Source: an uncultured Gammaproteobacteria bacterium
Lineage (GTDB): Bacteria; Patescibacteriota; Microgenomatia; 2-02-FULL-39-11
Direction of reading: 5' to 3'
DNA: 64,000 nucleotides
Assembly (NCBI GenBank): GCA_964520615.1
Contig: CAZFNL010000011.1
Span: 1,123 to 65,122, forward strand
Shown: piece after piece, positions 37,710 through 48,147 of the stretch
How the letters are laid out: each line of letters starts with the position of its first letter
Position numbering within the stretch: the first letter of the stretch is position 1
The notes under the pieces: model-generated
Told to the model about the DNA's origin: nothing
Database searches by the model: none
Seen by the model: only the letters and a program-made list of their open reading frames with translations
Program-made: the position numbers and the translations under genes

Positions 37710-39617
37710 CTAACTTACTACTTCTCCTTCCTGGACATCTTCCTTCTTGTCTTTTTTATCCTTTTTCTCTTCCCTTTCCTCTTTGTTATTTCCTGCCTGC
37801 TGTTGAGTTTGCTGAGATTGCTGTTGCTGCTGGTACATCGCCTGTCCGATTTTCTGCAGGGAATCGGAAAGATCTTTTGTCTTTGTCTCCAAATCTTCCT
37901 TGGTTCCTATCTCAAGAACAGATTTTAATGCCGAAATTTTTTCCTCAACTTCCTTTTTGACATCGGCGGCTACTTTATCGCCTGCATCTTTAAGCGACTT
38001 TTCAGCCACATATACCATATTGTCTGCCTTGTTGCGGGCTTCCACTTTGCCTTTTTTGGCCTCATCTTCTGCAGCATGAGCTTCAGCTTCCTTGGTCATT
38101 TTTTCAATTTCATCCTTTGAAAGCCCTGTTGAGCCAGTGATTTTGATACTCTGACTCTTGCCTGTTGCTTTATCTTTGGCTGAGACGCTCAATATGCCGT
38201 TTGCATCAATGTCAAAAGTGACTTCTACCTGTGGGATACCGCGCGGTGCAGGAGGTATGCCATCAAGTATAAACCGGCCCAATGATTTGTTGTCAGCAGC
38301 CATGGGCCTCTCCCCTTGAAGGACATTTATCTCTACAGATGTCTGGTTGTCTGCGGCTGTCGAAAATACCTCTGTTTTTGATGTCGGCACAGTTGTATTT
38401 CTAGTTATAAGAGGAGTCAGGACCCCTCCGTACGTCTCCACCCCCAGTGTCAGAGGCGTCACATCCAAAAGTACTACATCCCGCACTTCCCCTGTCAGGA
38501 CACCTGCCTGTACTGCAGCACCAATTGCTACGACTTCATCTGGATTGACAGTACGATTGGGATCTTTGCCGAAATACTCTTTTACTTTCTCAATGACTTT
38601 AGGCATTCTGGTCATTCCGCCAACCAAGACGATCTCATCAATCTTGTCTTTGGTTATCTTGGCATCCTTAAGACAAGATTCAACCGGACCGATAGTATTA
38701 TCAATCAAATCGCCTACTATTGATTCAAGTTTGGCTCGGGTCAGCTTATGCACAAGGTGTAAAGGTCCCTCCTTTCCCTGTGTTATAAACGGCAAGTTTA
38801 TCTCTGTTTCCAGACTGCTTGAAAGCTCTATTTTTGCTTTCTCAGCTGCGTCACGCAAACGTTGTAGTGCCTGGGGATCTTTTCTCAAATCCACACTGTT
38901 TTCTTTCTTGAATTCATCAGCCAGATATTCAAGGATTTTCTTATCGAAATCGTCTCCTCCCAGGTGGGTATCCCCATTGGTAGCCTTGACTTCATAAACA
39001 CCTTCACCCAATTCCAAAACTGATATATCAAAAGTTCCTCCGCCCAGATCGTAAACTGCCACAGTATGGGCATGCTTTTTGTCCAAACCGTAAGCAAGTG
39101 CAGCAGCTGTAGGCTCATTTAGAATTCTTTTAACTGTCAGACCAGCGATTTCCCCTGCCTGTTTGGTAGCTTGTCTTTGCGAATCATCAAAATATGCTGG
39201 AACTGTAATGACTGCTTCATTCACTTTTTCGCCTATATGGTTTTCCGCGTCTGTCTTTATCTTTTGCAGAATCATGGCCGAGATTTCCTGAGGAGTAAAA
39301 GTTTTACCATCAACCTCGACAACAGCCATTCCTTCACGGCCGCTTTTTATCGCATACGGAAGCCATTTGATGTCATACTGGACTGACTTATCTGAAAATT
39401 TGCGACCCATCAATCTTTTCACTGAAAAGATTGTCGATTTGGGGTTTATCACCATCTGGCGTTTAGCCACGTCCCCGACTATTCTCTTTATGGGATCAAC
39501 CACCGAAGGGATGACATTTCTCCCTTCAGCGGAATTTATCACTTTAGGGGAACCACCCTCCATAACTGCTACACATGAATTTGTAGTACCCAAATCTATA
39601 CCGATAATTTTTGCCAT
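37710..39617 (-). CDS. dnaK: Chaperone DnaK
   Basis: [32 protein letters not shown]. Confidence 0.99.
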   Translation of the reverse strand: MAKIIGIDLGTTNSCVAVMEGGSPKVINSAEGRNVIPSVVDPIKRIVGDVAKRQMVINPKSTIFSVKRLMGRKFSDKSVQYDIKWLPYAIKSGREGMAVVEVDGKTFTPQEISAMILQKIKTDAENHIGEKVNEAVITVPAYFDDSQRQATKQAGEIAGLTVKRILNEPTAAALAYGLDKKHAHTVAVYDLGGGTFDISVLELGEGVYEVKATNGDTHLGGDDFDKKILEYLADEFKKENSVDLRKDPQALQRLRDAAEKAKIELSSSLETEINLPFITQGKEGPLHLVHKLTRAKLESIVGDLIDNTIGPVESCLKDAKITKDKIDEIVLVGGMTRMPKVIEKVKEYFGKDPNRTVNPDEVVAIGAAVQAGVLTGEVRDVVLLDVTPLTLGVETYGGVLTPLITRNTTVPTSKTEVFSTAADNQTSVEINVLQGERPMAADNKSLGRFILDGIPPAPRGIPQVEVTFDIDANGILSVSAKDKATGKSQSIKITGSTGLSKDEIEKMTKEAEAHAAEDEAKKGKVEARNKADNMVYVAEKSLKDAGDKVAADVKKEVEEKISALKSVLEIGTKEDLETKTKDLSDSLQKIGQAMYQQQQQSQQTQQQAGNNKEEREEKKDKKDKKEDVQEGEVVS

Positions 39618-39671
39618 ATAGCCTCCTTTTATTCAAATAACAATTAACAAATAAAAGACAACAATAATATT

Positions 39672-40178
39672 TTATTTTACATTTTTGTTTTCTATTATTT
39701 GCTCCTTGTTCTCTGTTTTTCTCCCAACTTTGACTTTTGCCACCCTGATAACTTTGTCTCCCAATTTATATCCCGGCAGCAATTCCTCAATCACATTATC
39801 ATCTTTACCGTCTCCTACCACTTCTACACACTCCATTTCATTGGGATCAAATCTTTTTCCTTTTGTCTCAAGCCTTCTTACGCCCTTTCCAGAAAGCACG
39901 TTCCAGAAACTTTTCAATCCCAAAGTCAACCCCTGATCGTTTATATGTTTTTCAGCCTTCTCCAGTACATCTATAACCGGTAGAAATTCTACTATGACAC
40001 TTTCCAATGCATTTTGCATCATGTCCTGACGCATCTGTGTCACCCTTTTTTCCAAATTCTGGTAATCAGCCAAGGCTCTTAAATACTTAGCTTTCCATTC
40101 CTCCGCTTCTTTTTTTATCTTATCGTCTGCCGCGGATGGATGCACACTCAATGGCTGGTTATCAGTCTTCTTATTCAT
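39672..40178 (-). CDS. grpE: Nucleotide exchange factor GrpE
   Basis: RALADYQNL.KR, FDP...E, GY.L..KVIR.AKV.V; context. Confidence 0.95.
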   Translation of the reverse strand: MNKKTDNQPLSVHPSAADDKIKKEAEEWKAKYLRALADYQNLEKRVTQMRQDMMQNALESVIVEFLPVIDVLEKAEKHINDQGLTLGLKSFWNVLSGKGVRRLETKGKRFDPNEMECVEVVGDGKDDNVIEELLPGYKLGDKVIRVAKVKVGRKTENKEQIIENKNVK

Positions 40179-40196
40179 CTCTCAATTTTTGGAAAA

Positions 40197-40928
40197 TTAC
40201 CAATTTGGAGCAACTTCTTTTATAAGCTGACCCATATACCGCACCATAGGAACAATCCGTGGGTAATTCAACCGGGATGGACCAACCACCCCAATTGCTC
40301 CCTGGTGTGAAGGGGAAACAAACCTTATGAAAACCCCACCGCATTGACTAAGTATCCTACTACCTGACGCTTCGCCAAGAAATACAGTCACCGGATCTTC
40401 CCCAGACTCCAGACGGGAAAATATATTCCACCAATAGCTGTATTCATCCAATGTGTTTAACAGATGTTTGGTCATATCTATATCAAAAAATTCAGGCATA
40501 TCAAGAATATTACTGACGCCTGCAGCATAGATATCCCCTTCATCAGTGGCAGCCAGTGACATCGTCTTTGTCTGTTCAGCCAGTTCCCGTGTGGCTTCCC
40601 TCAGAAGCTTTTCCATACGGTTGCGGTATTCCCAAATATCCTGCTTGACTTTCACTTCTTCCGCTACAGACAGATCGTGAGGTTTCATAAGATTATTCAC
40701 ATAAAGCTTCAAGGCAACGGGCGTAGGAGTTCTTCCAGCTGAAGTATGAAGCTGTTTCAGATATCCTATCTGGGTAAGCCTGACCATTTCGTTTCTTATC
40801 GTGGCCGGAGAAATGCCCAAATTGTACTTTTTATCCAAAGTCTCGGAACCTACCGGTTCGGCGGTATTTATATATTCCTCAATTATGACTTTCAATATTT
40901 GTGTCTGCCTATCCGTCAAATCACTCAT
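40197..40928 (-). CDS. hrcA: Heat-inducible repressor HrcA (short form)
   Basis: RQ..IL..I..EYI.TAEPVGS, SPATIRNEM, HTSAGR.PT, GVVGP.RLNY. Confidence 0.93.
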   Translation of the reverse strand: MSDLTDRQTQILKVIIEEYINTAEPVGSETLDKKYNLGISPATIRNEMVRLTQIGYLKQLHTSAGRTPTPVALKLYVNNLMKPHDLSVAEEVKVKQDIWEYRNRMEKLLREATRELAEQTKTMSLAATDEGDIYAAGVSNILDMPEFFDIDMTKHLLNTLDEYSYWWNIFSRLESGEDPVTVFLGEASGSRILSQCGGVFIRFVSPSHQGAIGVVGPSRLNYPRIVPMVRYMGQLIKEVAPNW

Positions 40929-40960
40929 TTTCAAAAATTAATTTTATAATGTTTTTCCGG

Positions 40961-40997
40961 TTAGCACTAAGATAACATGACTGCTAAAGTTTGTCAA
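40961..40997 (-). promoter_or_regulatory. CIRCE operator overlapping hrcA promoter
   Basis: TTAGCAGTC-N9-TAGTGCTAA (40961-40987; two mismatches to TTAGCACTC-N9-GAGTGCTAA) within TTGACA-N17-TATCTT. Confidence 0.9.
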
Positions 40998-41042
40998 GTT
41001 TAATTATTTGCAGTATATTTTCAACATGATACTATAAAATTA

Positions 41043-42986
41043 ATGCGTAAGAATTTAATTTATATAATTCTGGCAACTATTTCCTTACCTTTAATCATTT
41101 TTGCCGGAAACCAGATTGTAGAACTTATCAGCCGTGCGGCTCCCCAACCAGCAAAAATCATTATTGACACCAAAAACAACACTGGAGTCCTAAATCCCTC
41201 ATGGGAAGCCTTTGCCCAGGGAGGAGAAGAACCACCACCAATGCTCACACGCATAGTGACGCAACTGCGAACATTAAAACCAAGATATGTCAGACTTGAC
41301 CATATATATGACTCTTATTCCATAGTACAAAAAAACGGCAATAATTTTGTTTATGATTTCTCACGTCTGGACCAAACAGTCAATGATATTCTGGATGCTG
41401 GAGCGCTGCCTTTTTTCAGTCTTTCATATATGCCACGCGAGCTTACCGGAACAGATTCCGTCATAGATACACCGGTAAACTGGGATGATTGGAAAAACCT
41501 GGTACAAGCAACAGTTGAACACTATAGCGGCAAGAAATTCCGTAATCTCAATAATGTTTATTATGAAGTCTGGAATGAACCTGAGTTGCCACAGTTTGGC
41601 AATTGGTCATTGTCTGGCAACAAGGACTACAGAATGCTTTATTATTATGCCCAGGCTGGAGCTGCTTTGGCCCAGGATGTCAATAAATTTTATATTGGCG
41701 GACCGGCTGTGGGATCTTATTACCCCAGCTGGGTAAACAGCTTTCTCTCTTATATCAGCCAAAACAACCTACGTCTGGATTTTTACTCCTGGCACAGGTA
41801 TACAAAAAGACCTTCTGATTACGTCTCAGATATCAAAAACACCAGAAACAAGCTTTCAAATTTTCCCAAATATAAAGATATTCCCCTTATCTTATCAGAA
41901 TGGGGACTTGACTCCGCCAATAGTGAAATGAATAATTCCGATGCGACAGCCGCATTTACTGTAAATACCATTGCAGAAATCGGAGACAAGGTAGATTTGG
42001 CGTTTGCTTTTGAGATAAAGGACGGCCCTCCACCTGGTGGCGGCAAGTGGGGTCTTATCACACATGAAAATGGTAATCCTCCTCTTTCACCCAAACCGCG
42101 ATTTAGAGCTTTTGAAGCTCTAGCCGATCTGGATAGAGGCAATAAAATCTATATCTCAGGACAAGGTACTTTCGTCAAGGCTATTGCCACCAATGACGCT
42201 AACACAATTAGGGTCCTTCTTAGTAATTATGATCTAACCAACAATAATACAGAAAATGTTCCTGTCACTTTCACCGGCCTTTCACCCTCATCCTATAATC
42301 TCAAGTACAAATATCCCTTAACACAATCAGATGGAAATTATGAAATCACTTCAACCACTGGCGCAATCACCAAAAACATCCCTATGCCTCCCAATTCCAT
42401 CGTCTATCTGGAATTATCCCCTGTCTCCCCATTGGCCACTTTTATTCCCGGGGCAAGTGGCAAATCTGAGGATGAAGCATTGGTACTTCAGAAAAATTCC
42501 GATCCGCTAGTCTTCAGTTCACCAGAATTTCATCTCTTACCATCCGGAAAAATCAGTTTTTATATAAAACCCCTGTGGGATAAAAATGATACTGACCCCA
42601 AAATCATTTTTGAAGCGCCTTTTGCTACCGAAAGCGGGGCTCTGCAGAAAATATTTTTGAGAAAAGAATCTTCCCCTTCATCCTCACAGCTGACGTTTGG
42701 TATAGAGAACACATCTTCCTTATCCTCAAATCCAACAATTGTGACGCTACCTGCCTATACTCTTCAAGATGGCAGCTGGCATAGGATTACGGTTGGTTGG
42801 GATCCCAATCAAATCTATATGTTTCTTGACGACACTGAAAAAGCACAGCTTCCGGTCACAATCGATATTCGCAATGGCAGAATTGTCACTTTTTATCCGG
42901 TAAACGATGCTATTGACAATCTCTCAATTGTGCTTGGCAAAGAGCAGCTTATTGGTAGAACATTTGACGGAAGAGTAGACAGATAA
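41043..42986 (+). CDS. Secreted glycoside hydrolase, GH39-like, with LamG-like C-terminus
   Basis: YDFSRLD, YYEVWNEP (acid/base), IGGPA, DFYSWH.Y, LSEWG (nucleophile), DGSWHRITV.W. Confidence 0.8.
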   Translation: MRKNLIYIILATISLPLIIFAGNQIVELISRAAPQPAKIIIDTKNNTGVLNPSWEAFAQGGEEPPPMLTRIVTQLRTLKPRYVRLDHIYDSYSIVQKNGNNFVYDFSRLDQTVNDILDAGALPFFSLSYMPRELTGTDSVIDTPVNWDDWKNLVQATVEHYSGKKFRNLNNVYYEVWNEPELPQFGNWSLSGNKDYRMLYYYAQAGAALAQDVNKFYIGGPAVGSYYPSWVNSFLSYISQNNLRLDFYSWHRYTKRPSDYVSDIKNTRNKLSNFPKYKDIPLILSEWGLDSANSEMNNSDATAAFTVNTIAEIGDKVDLAFAFEIKDGPPPGGGKWGLITHENGNPPLSPKPRFRAFEALADLDRGNKIYISGQGTFVKAIATNDANTIRVLLSNYDLTNNNTENVPVTFTGLSPSSYNLKYKYPLTQSDGNYEITSTTGAITKNIPMPPNSIVYLELSPVSPLATFIPGASGKSEDEALVLQKNSDPLVFSSPEFHLLPSGKISFYIKPLWDKNDTDPKIIFEAPFATESGALQKIFLRKESSPSSSQLTFGIENTSSLSSNPTIVTLPAYTLQDGSWHRITVGWDPNQIYMFLDDTEKAQLPVTIDIRNGRIVTFYPVNDAIDNLSIVLGKEQLIGRTFDGRVDR

Positions 42987-43059
42987 ACTTCGGCTCTCTC
43001 CTGTATTGGTAAACCAACAGCATATCGTACGGACTTTTGACGGGAAAGTAGACAGATAA
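42921..43059 (+). repeat. Diverged tandem duplication of GH39 gene 3' end
   Basis: 42921-42986 LSIVLGKEQLIGRTFDGRVDR* vs 42994-43059 LSPVLVNQQHIVRTFDGKVDR*. Confidence 0.8.
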
Positions 43060-43062
43060 ATA

Positions 43063-44727
43063 TCAGACGTTTGACTCTTGTACGTTTACAACTTCCTGGG
43101 TAGTATCAATCATCACTCCTTTTCTGAATTCCTTAGCCCTCTTTATCATTTTGTAAAAGACGCTGATTTGGGGCACCTCCAGAAACCAGGAAAGGAAAAG
43201 GTATACAGACATGCCAGCAAGAGTGGCAATTCCTGTCAGAAATAGAAGATTGATTGTTTTTGTCGTATCAAAGACCAGCTGATCCAAAAGCTTCATGGGG
43301 ATATACAACACTACTCCTGTTACAATTCCGGAGAGAAATATTTTTATCGCGGGCAGAATAAATTCTACTTTTGCGAAGCTTCCCACTTTTCTATCCAAGA
43401 AAAAAGTCAGAAGAATTATCTGGGCAATACTGGCAATGGAAGTAGACAATCCCAAAGACCAAACATCCATATGAAGATGGAGGACAAAGATAAGTGATAA
43501 TACCGTATTTAAACCAACCGATACCGCTCCTATAACAACAGGAGTTTTTGTATCATGAAGAGCGTAAAATGCCCGGGCTAAAAGCTGTATGAGTGATTGG
43601 GCGAAAAGGGAGATGCTGAAATATGCAAGAGTCTTTCCCGTAATGACTGTGCTATTCCAATCAAATAAAGTAGAAGCCCCGAAGACAAGTCTGACCATAG
43701 GGATACGTAAAACTATAAGAATTGCCGAAATAGGAATAACCAGAAAAAGAATCTGGTGAAAAGCCGCAAGAAAAGTATTTTTGAATTCATCCATATTCTT
43801 CTTGGCATATAAAGATGAAAGGGATGGCAAAGTCGCCTGAGCAATACTGGCACCAAAAAGTCCAATTGGAACCTGTTGCAAATGCTGGGCAAAATTAAAA
43901 ACCGTAACTGAAGCTGCTCCCAAAAGTGTTGATAGGATTAGATCAACAGTAGCATCAATCTGGGAAACTGCTAATCCCAAAGTTCGGGGCAACATCAGTT
44001 TTCCCACCTCGCGGGTACCGGGGTTTGAAAGTGAAAGACTCCAATGATGCTTATATCCAAGTGATAAAACAAGCGGCACCTGTATAACGGTAAACAACAC
44101 TGCACCAATCACAACTCCAATTACCGGAGCATAAAGGCCTAAAAATGGCGTCAGGAAGATGATACCTAAAATTATTCCTACGTTGTAAACCACAGGCGCT
44201 AGTGATGGGATTATAAAATTCCTAAATGACTCTAGAATTCCCGTAAAAAAGTTGCCTATGATAAGCGGAAAAACCTGGGCTAAAATCATGATTTGAGTAA
44301 ACGAGGCCATGAGCGTTATTTCATGTTCGTCAAACCCTGGAGCCAGCAACATGGAAGTCTGCCGGGCAAAAAATACGACCGGAAGGGAAAAGATTACGAA
44401 AATCACCATCCCCACATTTATAAGAGACGCAGCCATTTTGAAGGCTGCTTCCTTTCCCTTATTGTCCAGATGATCGGTAAAAACAGGTATAAAAGCTGTC
44501 GCCAGAACCCCCATCACCAGAAGCTCAAAAATCATATTTGGGAGCCTGAATGCGGCATAGTATATGCCTAAATCCGACGGAGTAAACCTTGCCGCCAGAA
44601 GTCTGTCTCTAAATAATCCCAGCACTCTTGAAAACGCTACCGTCACCATGATGATTGAGGCGGCAGAAAAAACACTATTTTGCCGGTGTGTTAAAATACG
44701 CAGAGTGTGTTTAAATAGCTTGACCAT
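43063..44727 (-). CDS. murJ: Lipid II flippase MurJ
   Basis: SRVLGLFRD, AAFRLPN, AFIPVF, ~14 TMs, RAFYAL.DTKTP. Confidence 0.95.
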   Translation of the reverse strand: MVKLFKHTLRILTHRQNSVFSAASIIMVTVAFSRVLGLFRDRLLAARFTPSDLGIYYAAFRLPNMIFELLVMGVLATAFIPVFTDHLDNKGKEAAFKMAASLINVGMVIFVIFSLPVVFFARQTSMLLAPGFDEHEITLMASFTQIMILAQVFPLIIGNFFTGILESFRNFIIPSLAPVVYNVGIILGIIFLTPFLGLYAPVIGVVIGAVLFTVIQVPLVLSLGYKHHWSLSLSNPGTREVGKLMLPRTLGLAVSQIDATVDLILSTLLGAASVTVFNFAQHLQQVPIGLFGASIAQATLPSLSSLYAKKNMDEFKNTFLAAFHQILFLVIPISAILIVLRIPMVRLVFGASTLFDWNSTVITGKTLAYFSISLFAQSLIQLLARAFYALHDTKTPVVIGAVSVGLNTVLSLIFVLHLHMDVWSLGLSTSIASIAQIILLTFFLDRKVGSFAKVEFILPAIKIFLSGIVTGVVLYIPMKLLDQLVFDTTKTINLLFLTGIATLAGMSVYLFLSWFLEVPQISVFYKMIKRAKEFRKGVMIDTTQEVVNVQESNV

Positions 44728-44828
44728 AAGCCCAGTCTTTAGTATACTATTACAACGTCAGTTAATAAATGATTTGAAGATTAGTTCATTGTAATCTCGA
44801 TTTACTAGTTATTTGACACCATAAATCT

Positions 44829-45137
44829 ATGCCTATCATAAAAAGCGCCAAAAAGAAACTTCGCCAGGATAAAATAAGGACAAAACAAAACTTGCTGGTA
44901 AAAAAGGCTGTCAAAGCGGCTATTTCAGTTTTCAAGAAAAAACCGACACCAAAAATGATGGAAAAAGTTTACAGTCTTTTGGATAATGCCGTGAAGAAAA
45001 ATATATTCCATAAAAACAAATCAGCCAGGCTGAAATCAAACCTTTCCAGACTTTTAGGGAAAAAGCCATCACCGCAAAAGACCCAAGAACCAAAATCGTC
45101 TGCCAAAAAAGCCAAAAGCAAAAAATCCTCAAGCTAA
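44829..45137 (+). CDS. rpsT: 30S ribosomal protein S20
   Basis: MPIIKSAKKKLRQ, LD.A.KK..H.NK.AR.KS.L. Confidence 0.95.
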   Translation: MPIIKSAKKKLRQDKIRTKQNLLVKKAVKAAISVFKKKPTPKMMEKVYSLLDNAVKKNIFHKNKSARLKSNLSRLLGKKPSPQKTQEPKSSAKKAKSKKSSS

Positions 45138-45281
45138 TTCACATATATTTATCTCCAACCTTTTTTACAAAACGATTTTATAGTGCTGGTTAGAATTCCG
45201 TTGTATAATAAATTGAATAATAACGCGGATTCCCAAAAAGGTTTGCCGCGGGTTATTGTAATTGAATAAGACTTAAAACCT

Positions 45282-45839
45282 ATGCCTGCCGCCAAAAAAA
45301 AAGTAAACATTAACCTGATTGTAAAAGAAGATATAGATGAGTCATTCTCCGGCCAAGCCTTATCCTGGGCACTCACTTATGGACGTTATATCATAATCAT
45401 CACCCAAATAGTCGTCTTGTCAGTTTTTTTTCTGCGTTTCAAACTTGACCGCGACCATACCGATTTGAAAGATTCCGTTTCACAAAAACAAGCATTGGTG
45501 GAATCAATCTCTGATCTTGAGGGCAATATTAGACAAGTGCAGGCTAAATTAGCTTATATAGGTCAGGTGACGAATAATCAGGATGCTATCCTAAAAGTTA
45601 TCAGGTTTTTGCAAAACCTGACACCATCTGATACCGTCTACTCGACCCTTTCAATAAACGCTACTAGCCTCAGTCTTAACGCCACATCCGGCAATTTGCG
45701 AAGTTTCAACTTTTTCCTACGGCAACTACAACAGGACAATAAACTGACTGAGGTCACCCTGAATGATATCCAGCGACAACCTGACGGAAGAATATCGTTC
45801 AAGATTAGTGCAAGTGTTAATTTGAATAAATTCAAGTAA
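45282..45839 (+). CDS. pilN: PilN-like type IV pilus alignment protein
   Basis: N-terminal INL motif, TM, coiled coil, ferredoxin-like domain; precedes pilO-like gene. Confidence 0.7.
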   Translation: MPAAKKKVNINLIVKEDIDESFSGQALSWALTYGRYIIIITQIVVLSVFFLRFKLDRDHTDLKDSVSQKQALVESISDLEGNIRQVQAKLAYIGQVTNNQDAILKVIRFLQNLTPSDTVYSTLSINATSLSLNATSGNLRSFNFFLRQLQQDNKLTEVTLNDIQRQPDGRISFKISASVNLNKFK

Positions 45840-45915
45840 ATTGTATATGCTAGAACCTGACGGAAGAATATCGTTCAAGATTAGTGCAAGTGTGAATATA
45901 AATAAGTTTAGATAA
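45778..45915 (+). repeat. Duplication of pilN 3' end
   Basis: 40-bp exact repeat (45778-45817 = 45854-45893) continuing as VNLNKFK* vs VNINKFR*. Confidence 0.9.
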
Positions 45916-45922
45916 CAAAATT

Positions 45923-46537
45923 ATGGTCAAAAGACCGACATTTTATCATCCTACTTTCGGAGCAGCCTACCAAAGGTTCATGCCCATCATAAAAAGCAAA
46001 AAGTCAAAATCATACCTTACGTTAACTTTGACTTTCATATCTCTTTCGATATTCGGGCTTTTTGCCATACGGCCCACTCTTATTACTGCTATTTCTCTTT
46101 ATAAGGATGTTGGCGACCTACAGGCTCTCAATATCCAATACGAAAATAAGATTGGCAGCCTCATAAGAGCCCAATCATCTTATGAACAGATAAGGGATGA
46201 CCTACCTCTAATCGATACAGCTATCCCAACAAATACCGATTTCAGCAAGCTTGCCAGATCAATAGAAAATTTTGCAAATAAGGAAAACCTTATCATAAAC
46301 CAAATGCAAATTGACAATGTCTCAATTTCCCATCTGCCGTCAACCGGAAAGCTGAACAACTACGGATTTAATATGATCGCCACAGGAGATTTTAACTCTA
46401 TTACTAATTTCCTGACTCATCTTATAAACTGGAGAAGGATAGTAAATATCAACTCTTTAGAACTGTCACACGAAGGAGGCACGCAAAGTGCCAACTTGAG
46501 GATGCAAATCAGAGCCACCACTTACTATGAACCGTAA
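45923..46537 (+). CDS. pilO: PilO-like type IV pilus alignment protein
   Basis: TM with AIRP, coiled coil, A.P, G.F..I..FL..L....R.V.I. Confidence 0.75.
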   Translation: MVKRPTFYHPTFGAAYQRFMPIIKSKKSKSYLTLTLTFISLSIFGLFAIRPTLITAISLYKDVGDLQALNIQYENKIGSLIRAQSSYEQIRDDLPLIDTAIPTNTDFSKLARSIENFANKENLIINQMQIDNVSISHLPSTGKLNNYGFNMIATGDFNSITNFLTHLINWRRIVNINSLELSHEGGTQSANLRMQIRATTYYEP

Positions 46538-46715
46538 AGAAATTATGATCATGGCTTTAATAATTTTGCTGACTGTAGCAGCATGGATTGTCTTTGGCGT
46601 ATATCATGCCAAAACAGAGTCCAGCATTTCCCAACAGGATTTGCGTCAAGTTGAGCCGTTGACACCAACTTTTGACAATGACATAATCAAAAAACTTAGA
46701 AGCCGAGAGGAATAA
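46527..46715 (+). CDS. Small membrane protein in pilNO operon
   Basis: Single TM, PL.P.FD; coupled to neighbours. Confidence 0.65.
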   Translation: MNRKEIMIMALIILLTVAAWIVFGVYHAKTESSISQQDLRQVEPLTPTFDNDIIKKLRSREE

Positions 46716-48146
46716 ATGTATAGAAAGGAAAAACGCATACCTACCATTTTGGCTCTTTTCATACTTTTTGCCGGTATCGGCAGTACTCTCTTTTTTGATA
46801 GATCAGCTCACATATTTACCTCCTCAGCCAAAAATCCAATCTTTCCACAAGAGGTACACATAAGCAATATTTCAGAAAATTCTTTTACCGTTTCATGGCT
46901 TACTTCCACTCCGGTTACCGCCATAGCAAAAATCACCGGAAATAATATCACACCAATAACTCTTATAGACGACCTTGACAATGACAACATACAAAGACCA
47001 AGAACAACCCACTATATTACTTTCAGAAACCTCAATCCAGATACGGCATATACAGTCCAGATATTTGATAACAATACTAACTGTCCAAACAGCATTTACT
47101 GCCCGACAATAAAACAGAAAACTGGTACCAAGATCCCAACTGCCCCTTCTCTACCTCCAGCAAAAGGAAAGATTATCGACATTACGGGAAAAGCGGCTGA
47201 TGGAGCAATTGTCTATCTTACTCTTGGAAAGAGTGCGCTTTTATCCGGCAGAAGTGACAGTTTGGGATTTTGGGTCATACCTCTGAACAACATCAGAAGT
47301 CAAGACCTTTTAAGCCGCATAGAAATTGCAGATAGCGATCTACTGCAAATTTCAGCATACGTTGCGCCACAGCAGACAACTTCAGGCGTAGTCGACGTCC
47401 TTTCAATAAGACAAAACCTCCAGATACCGGACATGATTGTGGGAAACAATTATAATTTTATTAACCTTATCAGTAAAAGAGATCTGCTGGCCCAAATAAA
47501 TGACCAGAAAATTCTTGGCGCACAAACAAAAGCAAATAGTGAAAAAATTCCAGGCTCTTTGGTGGGCGCAAGCAGTATTGGTGGTTATAACCTGATTTTT
47601 CCCTCTTCAAACGGAGACTACACAAGTGATACACAACCAAGATTTAGAGGGATTGGACCTAAAGGAAAACAAATCTTAGTTACTGTCCGTTCATCACCCC
47701 AATCAGCCAAAGTGACTGTGGACCAAAGCGGCAACTGGTATTGGCGGCCGCCTCAGGCGCTTTCTCCTGGAACCCATTACATCAGTATCCAGGGGTATGA
47801 CGAATATGGCAACCCGGTAAAAATAACAAGGGAATTTATAGTCTTTAAGAGTGGAGAACAAGTCTTGGGGGAAGCAACAGCTTCTGCCACTCTAACTCCT
47901 TCTCCCACTTTTACTCCAACTCCAATTCCAACAAATATTCCAACCCCTTTACCTACCAGCACACCAGTGCCAACACCTATAAACTCGCCAATACCCAGCC
48001 CGACATCTGCTCCGACAATCGCTTATATTTCACCTACACTTGCACAAAACCCTCCGCGTACCGGATCATACCAGACCACTGTGGCTTTATTAGGAGGAGG
48101 TGCAGCTCTTCTTCTTGCAGGCATCAAACTCTTTACTTCTCTATAA
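46716..48146 (+). CDS. FN3/Ig-like surface protein with PT-rich stalk and PPRTG sorting-like motif
   Basis: N-terminal TM, SFTVSW.T..H...L.P.T.Y (FN3), Ig-like domain, VLG, PTP repeats, NPPRTG + hydrophobic tail. Confidence 0.8.
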   Translation: MYRKEKRIPTILALFILFAGIGSTLFFDRSAHIFTSSAKNPIFPQEVHISNISENSFTVSWLTSTPVTAIAKITGNNITPITLIDDLDNDNIQRPRTTHYITFRNLNPDTAYTVQIFDNNTNCPNSIYCPTIKQKTGTKIPTAPSLPPAKGKIIDITGKAADGAIVYLTLGKSALLSGRSDSLGFWVIPLNNIRSQDLLSRIEIADSDLLQISAYVAPQQTTSGVVDVLSIRQNLQIPDMIVGNNYNFINLISKRDLLAQINDQKILGAQTKANSEKIPGSLVGASSIGGYNLIFPSSNGDYTSDTQPRFRGIGPKGKQILVTVRSSPQSAKVTVDQSGNWYWRPPQALSPGTHYISIQGYDEYGNPVKITREFIVFKSGEQVLGEATASATLTPSPTFTPTPIPTNIPTPLPTSTPVPTPINSPIPSPTSAPTIAYISPTLAQNPPRTGSYQTTVALLGGGAALLLAGIKLFTSL

Positions 48147-48147
48147 T

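Noticed and set aside
45778-45915. Diversity-generating retroelement TR/VR pair (also considered for 42921-43059 and 57934-58139)
   Set aside because: Differences are not confined to adenines and are largely synonymous; no reverse transcriptase in the window
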